Of a stretch of 64,000 bases of DNA, positions 24,237 to 39,200 are shown one piece after another. The translations under genes and the position numbers were made by a program. Position 1 is the first letter of the stretch, and each line of letters begins with the position of its first letter. Location of the stretch: the NCBI GenBank assembly GCA_051294905.1, contig CM119371.1:13332001-13396000 (forward strand), read 5' to 3'. Below the pieces are notes generated by a model. The model worked only from the letters and a program-made list of their open reading frames with translations. It searched no databases and was not told the origin of the DNA. The stretch is from Botryllus schlosseri. Lineage: Eukaryota.

Positions 24237-27200
24237 GTAAGTGGCCTATAACTTATTAAGTTCACTTGATTGTAAGCAACCGCATTGTGAAACACTATGC
24301 ACTGAGCCCGGCCACGGGCAACTACATGCCAAACACTTTTGATTTTGAATAAAACATCGGCAAGTAAACAGACTTAATGCGTATTAACACGCGGGCTATC
24401 CGCAGGATGAGCGAACCGGCGTAAATTGTAATGAATCAACCTCAATATTACTAATAGCTGCTTGGGAAGATTCCGTTAGATTTTTCAGTTCAGTGGGTGA
24501 TTTAACTCGATAATTGACAGATATACTAAAACATATTTACAACCAATACTGGAATTGTTATGTGAATAAAAATATTGGATTTTATGTAGCGATGTCCCAC
24601 ACCAAAATCCCGTTTCACACGAACTTTTATCGTGTACTAACTAATCACATGTATTACTCTTGCAGCGTGCGACAAACCAAATGTGAAATATGCCACAATG
24701 CGGTCATCACATGACATGCGTGGAGGTAAATATCCATCCGGTAGTGCCGTGTGGATCAAATGCTGGGATGGGTACGAGATGAAAGGAAAAGAACGACTGA
24801 ACTGCGATAGCTCAAACAATTGGGATTCTGATATGCCAATGTGCATAAGTAAGTAGGCCTAAAGTAGTAGGCGTACAGTGAAACTCTGGGTAATACTATC
24901 TTCTCCACTTCGAATAAGGTCAAATTTAATGAATCGGATATTTCCCGCTGAAGGATGATATATACCAGTAGCGATAATAGTAAGTCCACATATAACTTCC
25001 TACGTGAATGTAAACGTTTAAATCAGGAAGCTAACAGTAGAGCAGTCTGCATCTCATTACCTTGGTCTTGGCTTGACAACCACCGCCCCAAAATAACTTG
25101 GCTTTACTCGGACTGCTGGTCTAACAATTTTCGATTAACTCGCGAATCGGATGCAGACTTTTTGATCTAATTTTCAAGTCATCAAATATTCAACTTGAAG
25201 CATGCGATAAAAATCATTCCATTATGTTTTGAATTCTATTTCTGTTTCCGATTTCGATATCATTCGTGTTAGCAGCAGCGACATCGAGATAAACCAGCTA
25301 CGGCTTGCCTTAATTGACGCCATATTGACGTTTACAGGTATTGTAGGCTAATATCATTGAAACCATGCGTAAATATACTCAATCAGGTGTGTAAAATACA
25401 AAGTTGATCCTTTCTTAGCAATTTCGACGACATTTGGTACATGCTCAAACCTTAATTTTTCTCTCTGCAAATATGAGGTCGGCCTTTATAGCCTTATATG
25501 CTAAATTGTTGCCATGAAACGTAGCTTACGTTGAATTACACTCCCATACTAATTCGACAGGAGCACCTGTAACCATCATTCTCGTTCGGACACGTATACA
25601 TACACTACCGCTGTGACTAGGGTTGTGTTTAAAACAAGAATCTATTTAAAACAAACACGTTTAAAACATTTTTTACGGAGTCATGACGTCATACTGGATT
25701 TATATTCGCATTTGAAAATATAGGGTTAAATAAAGCTCCTTTGACGAAATAGGCTTCCAACCCCTGTCATACATGGACCGCTTGTTTTGAATGCAACCCT
25801 AGCTGTGACAGACATCGACTTAGTGGTTTAGAAATCGTAGGAAACCAAGTTTGACTATATAGTTCGGCGTGGTCTAGTCTATATGTAATTATGGAGATCC
25901 GCAGATTAAAATCAGACAACTGACGCTTAAGATATCTGCTGGGGTGAAACCAACTGGAAATTGACGAATGCGAGATGACTTGTCTTGACACGATTCGAAA
26001 ATTGCGTGACTTTTAACTGACTCTACCGGATTAGAAATATGCAGCAGTGACTGGAAGGTAGTGACGAGTTCCCAACACAGGCGCCTTGTGGTCGTGTAAA
26101 AGTCACAACGCTGAAGACAAAGGGCGTAGTCATTATGGTTCCGTAAATATTTCAGAGCCTTGCGCGCATCCTCGAACATTCTTCGGCGGTCAATTCTATC
26201 CGGACAAGGCTGGCTACAAATACGATGACAAACTCTATTATGGCTGCCCAGGAAATAGAGAAAAGCATACGTATTCGACCTGTCAAATGGATGGAAAATG
26301 GAAGCAGGCGTCAAAATGCTACGGTAAGGAGTCTGCGGGGAGTCAATGAAGGCGTTCGCACATCGTTGCGTCATACCACAGTATAATTCATCGTCGTTTA
26401 TTGCGTTAGATTATTGCAAGGTGGCCAAAATGAACTACGGCAAATACGAACCCATGAAGGACCACTACTACTACGGCGAGAAAGTTACCTTTATGTGTCC
26501 CGATAAGTATTATAAATACTACGAAGGGGGAAAATACGATTACATGAAGTGCGGAGACAACGGAATGTGGGATAGGACACCTCCAATGTGCAAAAGTAAG
26601 TATTATCCTTTTACTGCAGTATCAGGTCGCGATTAGCAATGCCCATGGTCTACCCCTGACTGTCATGACCTTCGCACCCATAAATCAGAAATATGGCGGA
26701 TTACAAAGCTTCATTCTAACGTACAAGCGATAAACGAACCATGCATCTATTAAGCGTTGATTGATTATTAAACTGCAGAAATTTATTACCCGGTATTGAA
26801 TTGTTTACAGTTCATTTAATTCCATGGGTAATTTGGTCTTATAATATATATTAGGGTTACCATATTTTGGCGGAGCAAATTCCGGATAGTCTTTAGCGCC
26901 CACTAGCGGATTACACAATGGGATGAATACATAGTCAGTTATTATGACGTCACACTAGCAAAGCTTCGCCTATCGCATGTACAGGAGCTGAGTGGAACAT
27001 AGGTTTTGAATTGGGCCATCTAGAATGTGAGCTGTGGTGATAGCTTGGGTCTGCAACATATTTCTTCACGGGCCGGATAAAATCGTCTGGTGTACCTTAT
27101 CAGGTCTATCCGGTTGTGTGCTTGACAATGACAGTCCTGTTATATTGTTAGGTCGGTGCATTTATCTGGCTGTGTGTTGTAATCAGGTCCGAAACAACAT

Positions 27201-30200
27201 TGTTTCAGTCCCCTTCCGCACGAAAAATCACTAATCTTGGGAAGGCAACATAGGGTATTCGAAGCAACTTCTTGCGGGCTTACTATGTGCATCTGCTTGT
27301 TAAAATTTGTGAATGAATTCTGTTATTAATATTGGTTCTTCCATATATTACTATAAAATACACCAGTAGATTTCACATCCGGTGGTTTCCAACCTTTTAT
27401 GGTCGCGCACTCATTTCCAAGTGGAAAATGTTCCGAGGTCAGCTTGCCCAGACTTACTCAATGCATATTTTGGGAGCTGATGACGTCCAACATCTTCGCG
27501 ATCACCAGAATAAAGGCAAACGACCCCCAGGTGTAGAACAACTGTCTTTGACTAAAGCCCCAAACGGCCTTAACCAACTCCACGAATATACCGTTATCTT
27601 GTAATTGCTAAACCAATTACACATATTTCAGTAAATGATGGTTATTTTTATTTAATTTTGATTGCATTTTTTGCGAGGGCGGTGCGTGGTCCCCATATTA
27701 ATATCACTATACGTTGTATCGAATCGCGCACAGCACGAGGAAAAATTTCAAATGGCATAAATCTGCTTGACAATAATATTATTTATGCTGATTTACGAAA
27801 AAATGTTGAGCCTACTTCACGCCTTCAAAATTCCGGACATTTAGGCATATTTTAGAATTTCCTCCCGGACGCAGTTTTTACAGTGAAATTCCGGACATGT
27901 CCGGGAAATTCCGGACGTATGGCAACCCTAATATATATAGTAATAATCAAAGTTGGTATAAAATGAGCTAACAATTCAATAGCGTTGCTAGGTTCATTAA
28001 ATAGCTTATTCCTGCAAAACTAAATAGCTAGATCCAATGCAACGCCTACTCCCTACATTTGTAATGTTGGCTATACAGTGGCTGTTGCAATGTATGAAAC
28101 TGCATTTTGTGGAAATTTGACGAATCTTAATCATAAAGCTGGGACATCTGAAAACAGCGATGTATTCGACAAACTCATATTTTCAATGTATTATTGTTAG
28201 AATACTGCAGTGCTCCGGATCACATGATGAATCATCACAAGTCTTACGCTAAGAAAATGTACATGCACGATGACAAGATCTATTACTACTGTATGGACGG
28301 CTACAAGAAGCCAGAAAAATATGGCTACATGAGGGCAACTTGTATGAAGGACGGCAATTGGGACAATATGCCGTTTAAATGTGAAAGTGCAAGTGAGTGC
28401 GATAGGAAATTAGGTGTAGGGCATGGACATGGTTATACTTATGTTTGTAACTTTAAATTTGACGAGTAACTGTACATTGTGTTATACAATGAAACAATAC
28501 TTCTTTTTTCGAGAACCCTTATAGTATACGCCGATTAGAATTTTTATATCTACCATTACTTGAAAATTAGAAGATTTTGTAAACAATATTTCGTAGAAAC
28601 GTAACTTGTCCCGGCTTGGATTGCCTCCCTACAATCATCAGATGCACAATTACGTCTAGGGTTGCATATAAAACAAACCGTGTTTTAAAACACTTTGTTT
28701 AAAACATGCTTTAAACAGTGTTTTAAACAGAGGCATTTTACCATTTTTTTTTTCAAGTTGTAAAATATGCCATAATTGGGTAAATAATTTCCGAAAAATA
28801 TGTTGTATGAGCCTACGGACAATTACCGCCCAATTTAGCCGACGTATATCGATATCGGATGGTTGCAACCCTCAAAATAGTCGGTTCAACAGTTATAGTA
28901 CAGATATTTCGTCAAAGGCGCTATATTTACCCTATATTTTCATCTGTCAATGTAAATTCCATTATGATGTCACAACTGAATATTCGTGACGTCAAGGCTT
29001 GAAAAAATAAAAAACATGTTTTAAATTAGGGCCTTGTTTCAAACATGTTTGTTGCTAATTGATTTTTGTTTTAAATGCAACCCAAATTACGTCCATTACA
29101 GAAAAATCTACAGCTCCGAAGCATGTGAAATACAATCACATGCCGTACGCCAAGAATACGCGTTTTTTACGTGAGATTATCCTAAATGAATGATGCTGTA
29201 ACACTTAAAATGGCGCCTGCATGGAATATTGACCGGCATCTCAATTTTTTAGAGTACTGTGAAAAACCAATGATCGATCATGGGATGCCACAGCTTAACA
29301 AGAATCACTACTATTACGGGGACAGGGTGTCTTACAAATGCGACGAAGGATATATGCTATTTTACGACGGACCATGGTATGAATACGCTACCTGCATGAA
29401 AAATGGGATGTGGGACTTCATGCCGCCCAGATGCGTAATGAAACAAGGTATATACAACAACAGTTTTACCTGACGGGTGACCGTTCGTTGTTATGGGGAA
29501 GCTTTGAGCGCATTCTATACAATTCTGTTTCAAGCTCGTACTTTTTGTGGCGCTGACGGCAACTGTTCAGCATTAACTTAACTTTCGTATTTTGTAGCAA
29601 TTGGGTATTTATTAGAGATGGTGTGAACGTGAGGTTCACGTTCGCGTTCTGTGTGTGAACCTCGGAAATTTAGAGGTCCACGTTCACAAACGAACCTTGG
29701 TAGGTTCTGCACTGTGAACCTTTTTCATATATTACAATTTTCACGTCATTATAACATCATTGGTTGAGATTTATCACATTTCAACTACGGGCCACTCTAT
29801 GCATGGCGCTGGCAGCATAAAGAATCAACACTAACCGAGCATGCACCTTCACAATCTCAAAAATTTTACATGCTTTATTAAAATAGTTTGCTCGAAATAT
29901 CCAACTTTGTGTTTGTGAATATTTATTGACTCTCTGCTGTAAGCTTGACCCGCAATCACTGTATCACACAACATCAAGAGCGAAATACGCTACAGGTGGT
30001 CAGCGAATGACGCTTATTCAACCAATCAATTAAATTGATACCGTTATCTGATATAACAAATCTAGCAAGCGTACGGGGTCCGTCCCGATTTCATGTTTCA
30101 CTGTGTCATAAAAACCAAATCCGTGCGATTTGGGTGTGGGCTAGATGCTGTAGAACTTGTTAATGGGGTAAAACCCATAGCACACTCTGCTCAACATCAA

Positions 30201-33200
30201 CGTAGCAACACTCAGACGCCGAATACATTGTCCGGTCTGGCCTAGACCGTTAAAGCCTAAGCTTATATTTCCTTCCAAGTACTCGTCGAAATTGTTGGCA
30301 AAGCGGCGGAAGATACTGATGTTATGGAATCATTATATCATTTGATTGTCCCTGATGATACATTTAGCGACGTTTAAAAAGTCAGTATGTACTTCAGCAT
30401 TGTGGCATTATGTGGCCCGAGTCGTCGTTAGGTATCGTGTATATTAATATAGGCTATCACTTCACTGAAATGTAGGGTTGGAATTAGCAATATGACGTCA
30501 CGTGACGTCATAAGTTTCACGTTCGCGTTCACACAGAACCTTTTAAAAGGTTCGTGTTCACACGAGCCTCAACCTTTCCGAGGTTCCCACCATTCCCAGT
30601 ATTTAACTTGACCCTTGGAATTGCATTGTTGCCATAATTTACAAGATTATATCAAGTGAAAATATGAGGAATGTGTATCAACGCTCTATAAAAATATTTT
30701 GAAAGAATTGTGACAATTTCGGGTGGCACGCGATCACCCAATTCTCACTAGAATTGACATTATACTCCGAAATACTACAATTGGATAAGCGTTTATTATA
30801 ATTTCGTCAATTGTGTTGTCGTCAAAAGTGTGTTGTGATGAATGCAAGGAAAATGTCATCTTAATGTTCGAAAACGAACAATTGGAAAACTTTTGAGTGC
30901 TTGTCTTCCCTCAGTACGGCGATATAGATGGATTCGTGAAATTGATTTATGGTTAAGCAACATGTGACTTGGAATTCGGAATCTTTGAAGTTTTGCTACA
31001 TTAGAATTATCAGCCGTAGTCCTTTTCTGAATAAACTGTTTCTTAATATCAAAACGAAAGTACCTGCTCTTGATATATCCAAATTAAATGTTTATCAGTA
31101 ATGTGCAAGAAACCTGACTTTAACGGAATGGTCATGCCCATGAAAAAGAAATACCAGAAAGGGGAACGCATATCTTTCAAATGCAAGGACGGATACAAGT
31201 TGTTCTTCGACAAAGACTGGTTTCAATACGCAACCTGCAAGAACGATGGAAACTGGGACTTCGAAGCACCTAAATGCAGACCTATGAATATGAGTGAGTC
31301 TTCAATGCGATATCAGCCAATATGGAACTATCCCATCATGTCCGAACGCGAACAAATGAAAAATTCCCGCTACGTTTCAGAATATTGCATGCCGAGCATG
31401 GTCGAACATGGCTATCATTTCCCTGACATGAAAATGTATATGGAAGGAGATAGAATGTACCACAGATGCAAAGAGGGATACGGGCTGTTTTTCGAAAATG
31501 ACTGGTATGAATATCGCACTTGTGGCAAAGATGGTAAATGGGACTTCGATCCTCCCAAGTGCAACAGCATGAAGCACTCCAGCGGATGTAAGGCATTTAC
31601 ATTGTTGCTAAATACATATTTTGTAACCGCATTTACCTTTATGCTTTCAACATGTTATTGATACTGTTTAATTTATAGAGGTGCCAAAGTAGTTAACGTT
31701 GCCACTCAAGTAGTAAAAGTAGTAGTAATGTTCTAAATTTGTACTCAATTACTTGTGAAAAAATAATAGGTCTAGGAATTACTGAAGTAATAAAAGTTCT
31801 AAGACTAGATTTGGCCGAGAGCTCGCATAATTATAGCAGGCAACGTATGTGGCTACTTCCGAAGTTAAGAGATCTTTCAGACTAACGCCAACTGACTGAC
31901 CTTACAGATGCATACGATCTTCAAAAATATATTCAGCTGGAGTGGGCAGGTACAGCACCTTCATCGCACGATTCGTGTGGCATTCATTATTAAAATCGAT
32001 TCAAACTTCTCAACAAACTATATTTCACTCAAAATTAAACATATAAATCGTCGGAATATCACAAAACCACAATAATGTGATGGATATAAATTGTCCCACA
32101 TAAAATTTCAAAAACGGATATGCGTGTTATTGAAGTATGTGATATGAACCTTATTATCGCCGCTTTTTTCTGCTTGGAATACGGTTTTTCAGTTATTTGA
32201 ACTTAATTCTCAAGAGGTTTCCTCCTATAATTTTCGTCAAGTATTTTACGTAGTTCCTCAAACTGAGTCTATATAGAAACGGATTCTTTGACAGGACTCT
32301 ACAAGAGTAATAATATATATATATATTAATTATCATACTCATAATCAGGAAATATGCGAACAGATGACGCTTTCTTTTTGAAAAGCAATATGGCGTCACA
32401 TATACAAAATGGCGTCTAGAGTAGTTTTGTCGTTTCTCCTAGACATTTACAATAGATAATATAGACATATTGTACAGAAGCGTCATAAATTCAAAAGCGT
32501 ACTAATCTGCGGCACAAGCAATTTAGATTCATCGAAGTAGGCTTGGACAGTTGTAGGCTACTTCCGCTAGATTCTCGAAATGATTCATCCCATATTGAAT
32601 TCAGCTGGTTGCATGGGACATGACGTAATGTACGGCAAACGAAGACCGAACAAAAGCTGGTACAAAGACGGAGAAAAAGTGTACTATGACTGCGACGAAG
32701 GTTACAAATTGCATTATGACATGGAAAAATACGACTACGCCATGTGCAAAAACGGAATGTGGAATCACCCGCCGCCCATGTGCAAATCTGCGCACAAAAG
32801 TAAGATTTCCAATCACTCTGAAAAGTCTACGCAGTCTAAGTCTACGTCTATTGAGCGAATTATATGTCACAAAATGCCAAACAATAGCTGAAGTCCAGAT
32901 GTGGTGAATACGTTTTCCCGGTTGGCTTAGTTGATTCTGAACACTGCAAGGTGGAGTGGAGGTGGATTAGGATGACTTTCTTGCCTAGGCTGTATATGAT
33001 TTGAAATCAAACTGTTGTATGCGCCGTTGTATCCGACCAAAATTTAAATTACTGGCCTCTAACAAAATTATAAATGATTTCCTTCAGATTACTGCTACTC
33101 TCCGAAAATCATGCATGGCATGTACCACCCTAAAATGAGGCGATACAACTATGGGGACCGTTTGCGATTCAAGTGCAATTATGGATACGGTATGTATTAT

Positions 33201-36200
33201 TGGAAGGATCAGTACGAGTATGCTACATGCGGAAGAGATGGCATTTGGGACAAAGATCCGCCGATGTGCAAAAGCCACAAGATGGGTAAGTCTGCATTCT
33301 TTCTTTCTTGCCATTACATTTGATAATAGAACATATTAGGAAATAATGATCTTTTGATGGTAACGAAAATAAAGGTGAATATCACTGGTAAATTGTGTCT
33401 ACTACCTACTATACGGATGACGCTTCATTTTTGTGAATCAAAGCGATCCATTCAAAACAAACCGTGTCTCGACTGAAAATTCTTGTTGCTACAGATTACT
33501 GCAACCCACCGAATTTCGAGCATGGAAAGTACACGCCCGCATTGAAGATGTACAGTGCAGGAGATCGTCTCTACTACACCAAATGCGAGGAAGGATACAC
33601 GCTGGTGTACGGCGAAGATTGGTTTGAATACAACATATGTATGGGCGATGGAAATTGGCAATTCATGCATCCAATGTGCAAATTGGCCACGAAAGGTATG
33701 GAGACCTGTTTCGTGAAACCCAAGATCGTGGTACCCGGACTTCCGTTTCTATTCACCCTCAAAATATGTATTACGTATTAAATTGTAATCTAGCTTTCCT
33801 ATGGCTTGTATGAACTGTCACGGTGATCACAAAAATATAGAGTCAAAGCGCCTTTCTCTTCGCATTATTGCCGATATCTATCATGACGTTAATGCAGTTT
33901 TTTATTAAACTGAGTTCACGTCCACAGACTAAAGTGTGATATCCGTGAGAATTCATTTTTACAGGCCGTAGCTGCTTCGGGTTTACGGATGAAAATCTAA
34001 GGATCACTGCCGCGTATTAATTACTAGTATAGGCTTCTCTTGCTCAGCATATGATGTCATTTAAGCCCAAATTGCAATCAACGTACGTGACGGATTTTAA
34101 CTCAACAGCGTAGTTATATATATCCATACCAACGAAATTGGAATTTAGTAATGAAACCCAACTCATTGACTCTATGATAAAAAACTTGGAAACATTAAAC
34201 TCACTCATGAAAGTGGAACCTAAATAATTATGTCAGCACAACTGAAATATAATCTAGAATGGCATGAATGCTGGATATAATACGGATCAAATGAGTTACT
34301 GCGGCCGGGGACCGTTTTCCTCCGAGAAGCGCCCCCGCAGATATTTACACTGTATTCTTCGAGCACAATGTGGGTTAACGTGCATTATGTTCAACAATGG
34401 CGTTTTCGTCTCTGTGAATGACTTGCTTTCGGTTCATGAACTGAACTGATGGCTTGCGTTTCTCTTAACCGCCTCACTATTTGGTACCAATGTCACCGAC
34501 TTGCTAGTTATGAAAGCGCAGCATTGCCGCCAGAATGTTATAATTTGGTATATGAGCAGTGAGCGTACTTCGCATTTGCTGTCGAGAGAGAACTTTGGAA
34601 TTAAATGTGCGAACAAATATAATCATTTTAATTTAGCAATCTTAGCTTCGCGGGCCCTATGTTTGACACCCCTGGCTTATAGCTTTTAGCATCAAAACGA
34701 ATTCCTATAAAATTAAATGCTGAAGTCAGAATAGAGTGAAGGAGGGTTTTAATAAATCTCGAATGCTATGTTAATGCAATATTGCAAGATGTATGCTTGG
34801 AATGCTGACGGCTTTGCCCCAGTTTAAAACCTTCAAGTTTTATTTAACAATGATTTTAATAGAGTAGCTGATACATATAATTAGCTTAAAGCAAAATATT
34901 GCTTACCTCTACACGGCATACTTATGTTCAGCTCATTGCGATGCTCCCGTGATTGAACACGGTATGGTCATGACGTCCAAATCCAAATATGCGTACGGCG
35001 AGAAAGTCAGCTACAAATGCAAAGACGGTTACAAGCTCTACTACGAGGGCGAGAGATACGACTACGCTACGTGCAAACCGGGCGGGTATTGGGACAGGAA
35101 ACCACCGATGTGCAAGAAGGCGATGATGAGTACGTTTGGCGCCGACTAAAATTACCTGGGTGTACATTGTTCCCATTATTTGCAGGTTATTGCCACGCGC
35201 CGGAATTTTATTATGGATCATACTGGCCGATGTTTGAAAGATATCAACAAGGTTCGAAGCTCTACTACCAATGTGCCAGGGGCTTCAAGAAATCTTACAG
35301 AGGAGAAGAATACGAATATAACGTTTGCATGGACGGGAAATGGAAGTACAAATCACCCAAGTGCTTGGATATGAAGAAAAGTAGGTTGATGGAAGTATTA
35401 CGAGCGATTTATAATCAGTGGTCAAACTGTTGTTAATCGAAACTATAATCCGAGAATATTCCTGCACATAAAGTAGTTAGTAATAACACGAACATTTCAT
35501 ATAATTGAAAATTCCATTTCCAAATCCAGTTTCGCAAAAAATTCTGAATCCTTATCCCGTATAGATTTTTTAATGTGGTCCTTTAAAATGTGAATCTGTG
35601 CTCTTCTCGTCGAATGGTTGGCCAATGTAACGTTACCGTAGACTGTATGTATTGCGATTATTCTAACAGCCATATCAAGTTATGAATTTAATTTTTTAAT
35701 CGTTTAGTCGATACCAGTATTATTTGACACAAGGCCGAAATCTAACACACTCTCATACCTAAAATATATTATACTAGGTACGAGTCGCAACCGAAAATCA
35801 TTTTGGCAAAATTTGAAATCGCCTGAAATGCAGCGAAATTTTATTTTTAGGCTATAAGTTTATACAATGCTGACATACAGCGTCCTTGTCCGTGCATGTT
35901 CATTTGACCAAATACGAAGAGGAAATTGGTTATCCAATTAGTGAGATATAGACCAAGTCCCGAACGAGAGTGTCACCACTATTTACTTCCCGTCTTACAA
36001 CAAGACAGCAAATGCTTTGCCCAATAGCGGGTAATATATATATATAATCGGAAATTGCAACTCCATATCGAGACGACTTTTTCTACGTATAATAGTAACT
36101 ACAGCAACTATGGCGGCACTTACTCAACAACTAAAACATTACTGATTAATTTGGTGTAATCCTAATGTGTCTGCTTTCTTGCTGACCCTTACCCGATGTT

Positions 36201-39200
36201 TTACAAAGACATTCCACTGCTGAAGGCGCGACTAGTATTTTCCGATAACAGTGTACTGCAAAATGCCGAAATTCGAACACGGCACACTCAAGCCCAGCAG
36301 GAAAATGTACTCCGTCGGTAACCAACTCCGTTTCAAGTGTAACGAGGGATATTACAAGCACTACGAAGGCAAATACTATTCGTACGCGACTTGTGGACAG
36401 GATCGTATGTGGGACATGAAGCCGCCAACGTGCAAGAAGATGACAGCAGGTATCAAACATTATACTCCGTCTGAAGCGTTTATAATGTTAAACATATACT
36501 ATGGCATCTTACCGTTGGAGACGATCAGTATCAGTCACCAAATTCTTCTACTAATGTACTCAAGCAGGCATTGGTTACTCAGACTACGTGCTCAAATTTC
36601 AATGCTTATACGCGAGGCTACTTCTTTTTCCCGACAGATTTAGTACCAAAGCACTGAATTAGTTACTCTTCAGAATCTGTGAAGCGGAAAGTAGTTCGTT
36701 GATAGGTTTGTATCACTTTCACGAGTGAGAGAGTCCTTTGTGACTGTACTTCAATATTTTATTCGACCATTGTCCTGAATCGTAAATCTTTCAATAGTCA
36801 TTCGTCATTGCGATGGCATCGAAATGCATTTTTCTATATGGAAAATAGATTACCTCAGTTTGATTACTATATTTATGCGACGCTTTAATCTATTTTACGT
36901 TTTGAAACTTGAATACTTATCAAACCTCTCATTTCTACTTCGAATTGGAGTATTTTGACACGCCTTTGAGACCACTACTTTTAGGCTACTCGTACTGAGG
37001 TAGCGCCACTAGGAGTAGATGCATTTCGAACTAGCCCGATGTCTCTAACCGACGAATATCATCATATCGTTTACAGGCTCTTGTATGCATATGATGGTAC
37101 CACATGGCGTCTATTCACCGATGAAGGCTAGTTACAAACCGGGCGACAGAGTATATTACCAGTGTGCTATTGGATACCGACTCAAGTACCATGATGACAA
37201 CGCGTACGTCTACAACTATTGCGGTAGAGATGGAAAATGGACTCGGAAGCAACCCAAGTGTATGAAGATCGGTAAAAGTATGTATCGAATATCCGGGCAG
37301 CTACTGAAATTCAAGTGTAGAGTAGACACATTGTAGGCCTATAGTTAAAATGTCATAATGAGTGATACTCAAATAATCGACCACAAGCTTAACACTCGTT
37401 TAGGAATCGATTTTCCCCAGCCATACAAATCCTATGGTGTCTCAGTACCTTCCTGAACGGTTCGATTACCAGTCAATTATTTACTGGTCATTATGACATA
37501 AAAAAAACTAGTTGAGAAGTAGAAAGAACAGAGTATATCAACAATCCAATCACCAAGCATGACGTCACCGACATGAAAATACGAATGATAATCGAGGTGA
37601 AGATTTCGTTCAAGTTCAAGGTACTATATTTATGTGGTACATGAACTCCTTTTGTTGGTAGTAAATAGGTTGGCATATTTTGATAAAAGTCGACTCCAAG
37701 TTATTATCAAAAAGAACAAGTTAATTGGTTACCGAAAACTAAATGATATGCATCGCCCTGTGTTAATCATCCAACGAATTGAACATTCTATGTCTACGGT
37801 TGAAATGACGCGCTCGATTGAAATGACAATTCTACCTGTAATCAGAGTTATTGTATGGACTAGGGCTAAATCTGGTAATCATGAACACTCAATCTTTATT
37901 GTATATTCGAATCATTGCAATCAAGGGTCAAAGCAGAATTGACTACGAGAGCCGTTTTGTGGAACTCAAGTCATCATATTCCCAATCAGTTCAGAATACC
38001 ATCTTTCTCAGAATACTGCTCCCCGCCGATGGTAGAACACGGCTACTACGAACCCGAGATGAAATACTACGACACCGAAGACCAGATATACGTCAAGTGC
38101 AAACCAGGGTATTACAAGTACAACGAGGGAATGATGATGAAATATTACTCTTCCTGCCAGATGGACGGCAATTGGGACAAATTACCGGAGTGCAAAAGGA
38201 TGCCAACCAGTAAGAATTTACGGAGTTTAATGAAAGTACTTCTATCCTGCCCAATTATCGCACAAAGTTTATATGTTCGCGTACAATATCTTATCCGTGC
38301 GTGTAGGTATTAGGTAATAGACTAAGGTGGTGCTCGTTCCGGTCATATGTTATCCTATATAGAATCCGTCAAAAATTCTCAACAACCTGCTACTTCTCTG
38401 TGGATAGTATTAATCTATCAGGTCCTCTGCTTATGATAGAATGTCTAGCTGCTGGGTAAAATTCAGCATTCATGTTTCGGAATCATATCAGATATTGTCA
38501 TGGAGGACAATTGACGCTTTTCGGAACAAATCTAACAGAATATGGGCAGGAAATGGTATTTGCGTGAACAAGTTAATATAGTCTGTTTACCCATGGTCCT
38601 GCGACCACAACGTATTGGGTGTAGCAAAGAAAGCCCACACAGATACTGCTATATTTATACTTGTAAGATAATTTTGTAGGCTATATAAACAGCGTATTCA
38701 ACCTTTCCCAATTAAGTATATCCGCTTTCACGCACTTTGCCATGCTAATCCGAATGATATCCCTTAAGAATACTGCAAAGTGCCAGATCACCGCGCCTAC
38801 AACCACGTGGCGTATTCCAAGATGCGATACATGGAAGGTGAATACACCAAGTTTGAATGCGATTACGGGTACTACGCCCCTGCCAACTACCGCAAACACG
38901 CGAAGTGTATGAAGGACGGAAACTGGGACGGCGAGCCGCAGAAGTGCAAGAGTAAGATTCTGCATTCTGCAATTCACTCTTGGTTCGCTATAGTAGCTTT
39001 GTATGGAACAGATTTTTTATTTTAAATCATATTACCGAATAGGTTTCGTATCATGTCCGCAACAATAGATTACATCCTTTACAAAAGTTGATTCATTTAC
39101 AGAGTACTGCATGGGAAACGATGTAATGCACGGGTACTACTATCCAATGAAAATGTACTACCGCAAGGGCGAGCGAGTGCAATACCGCTGCAAGTCAGAA

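Noticed and set aside
35100..38209. Dibasic residues in inter-module linkers (CKKAMM, DMKK, CKKMTA, CKRMPT) as convertase sites releasing single modules
   Set aside because: The protein is Lys-rich overall, so KK is expected by chance. There is no consistent RxxR/KR motif, and most sites abut a disulfide-bonded Cys.
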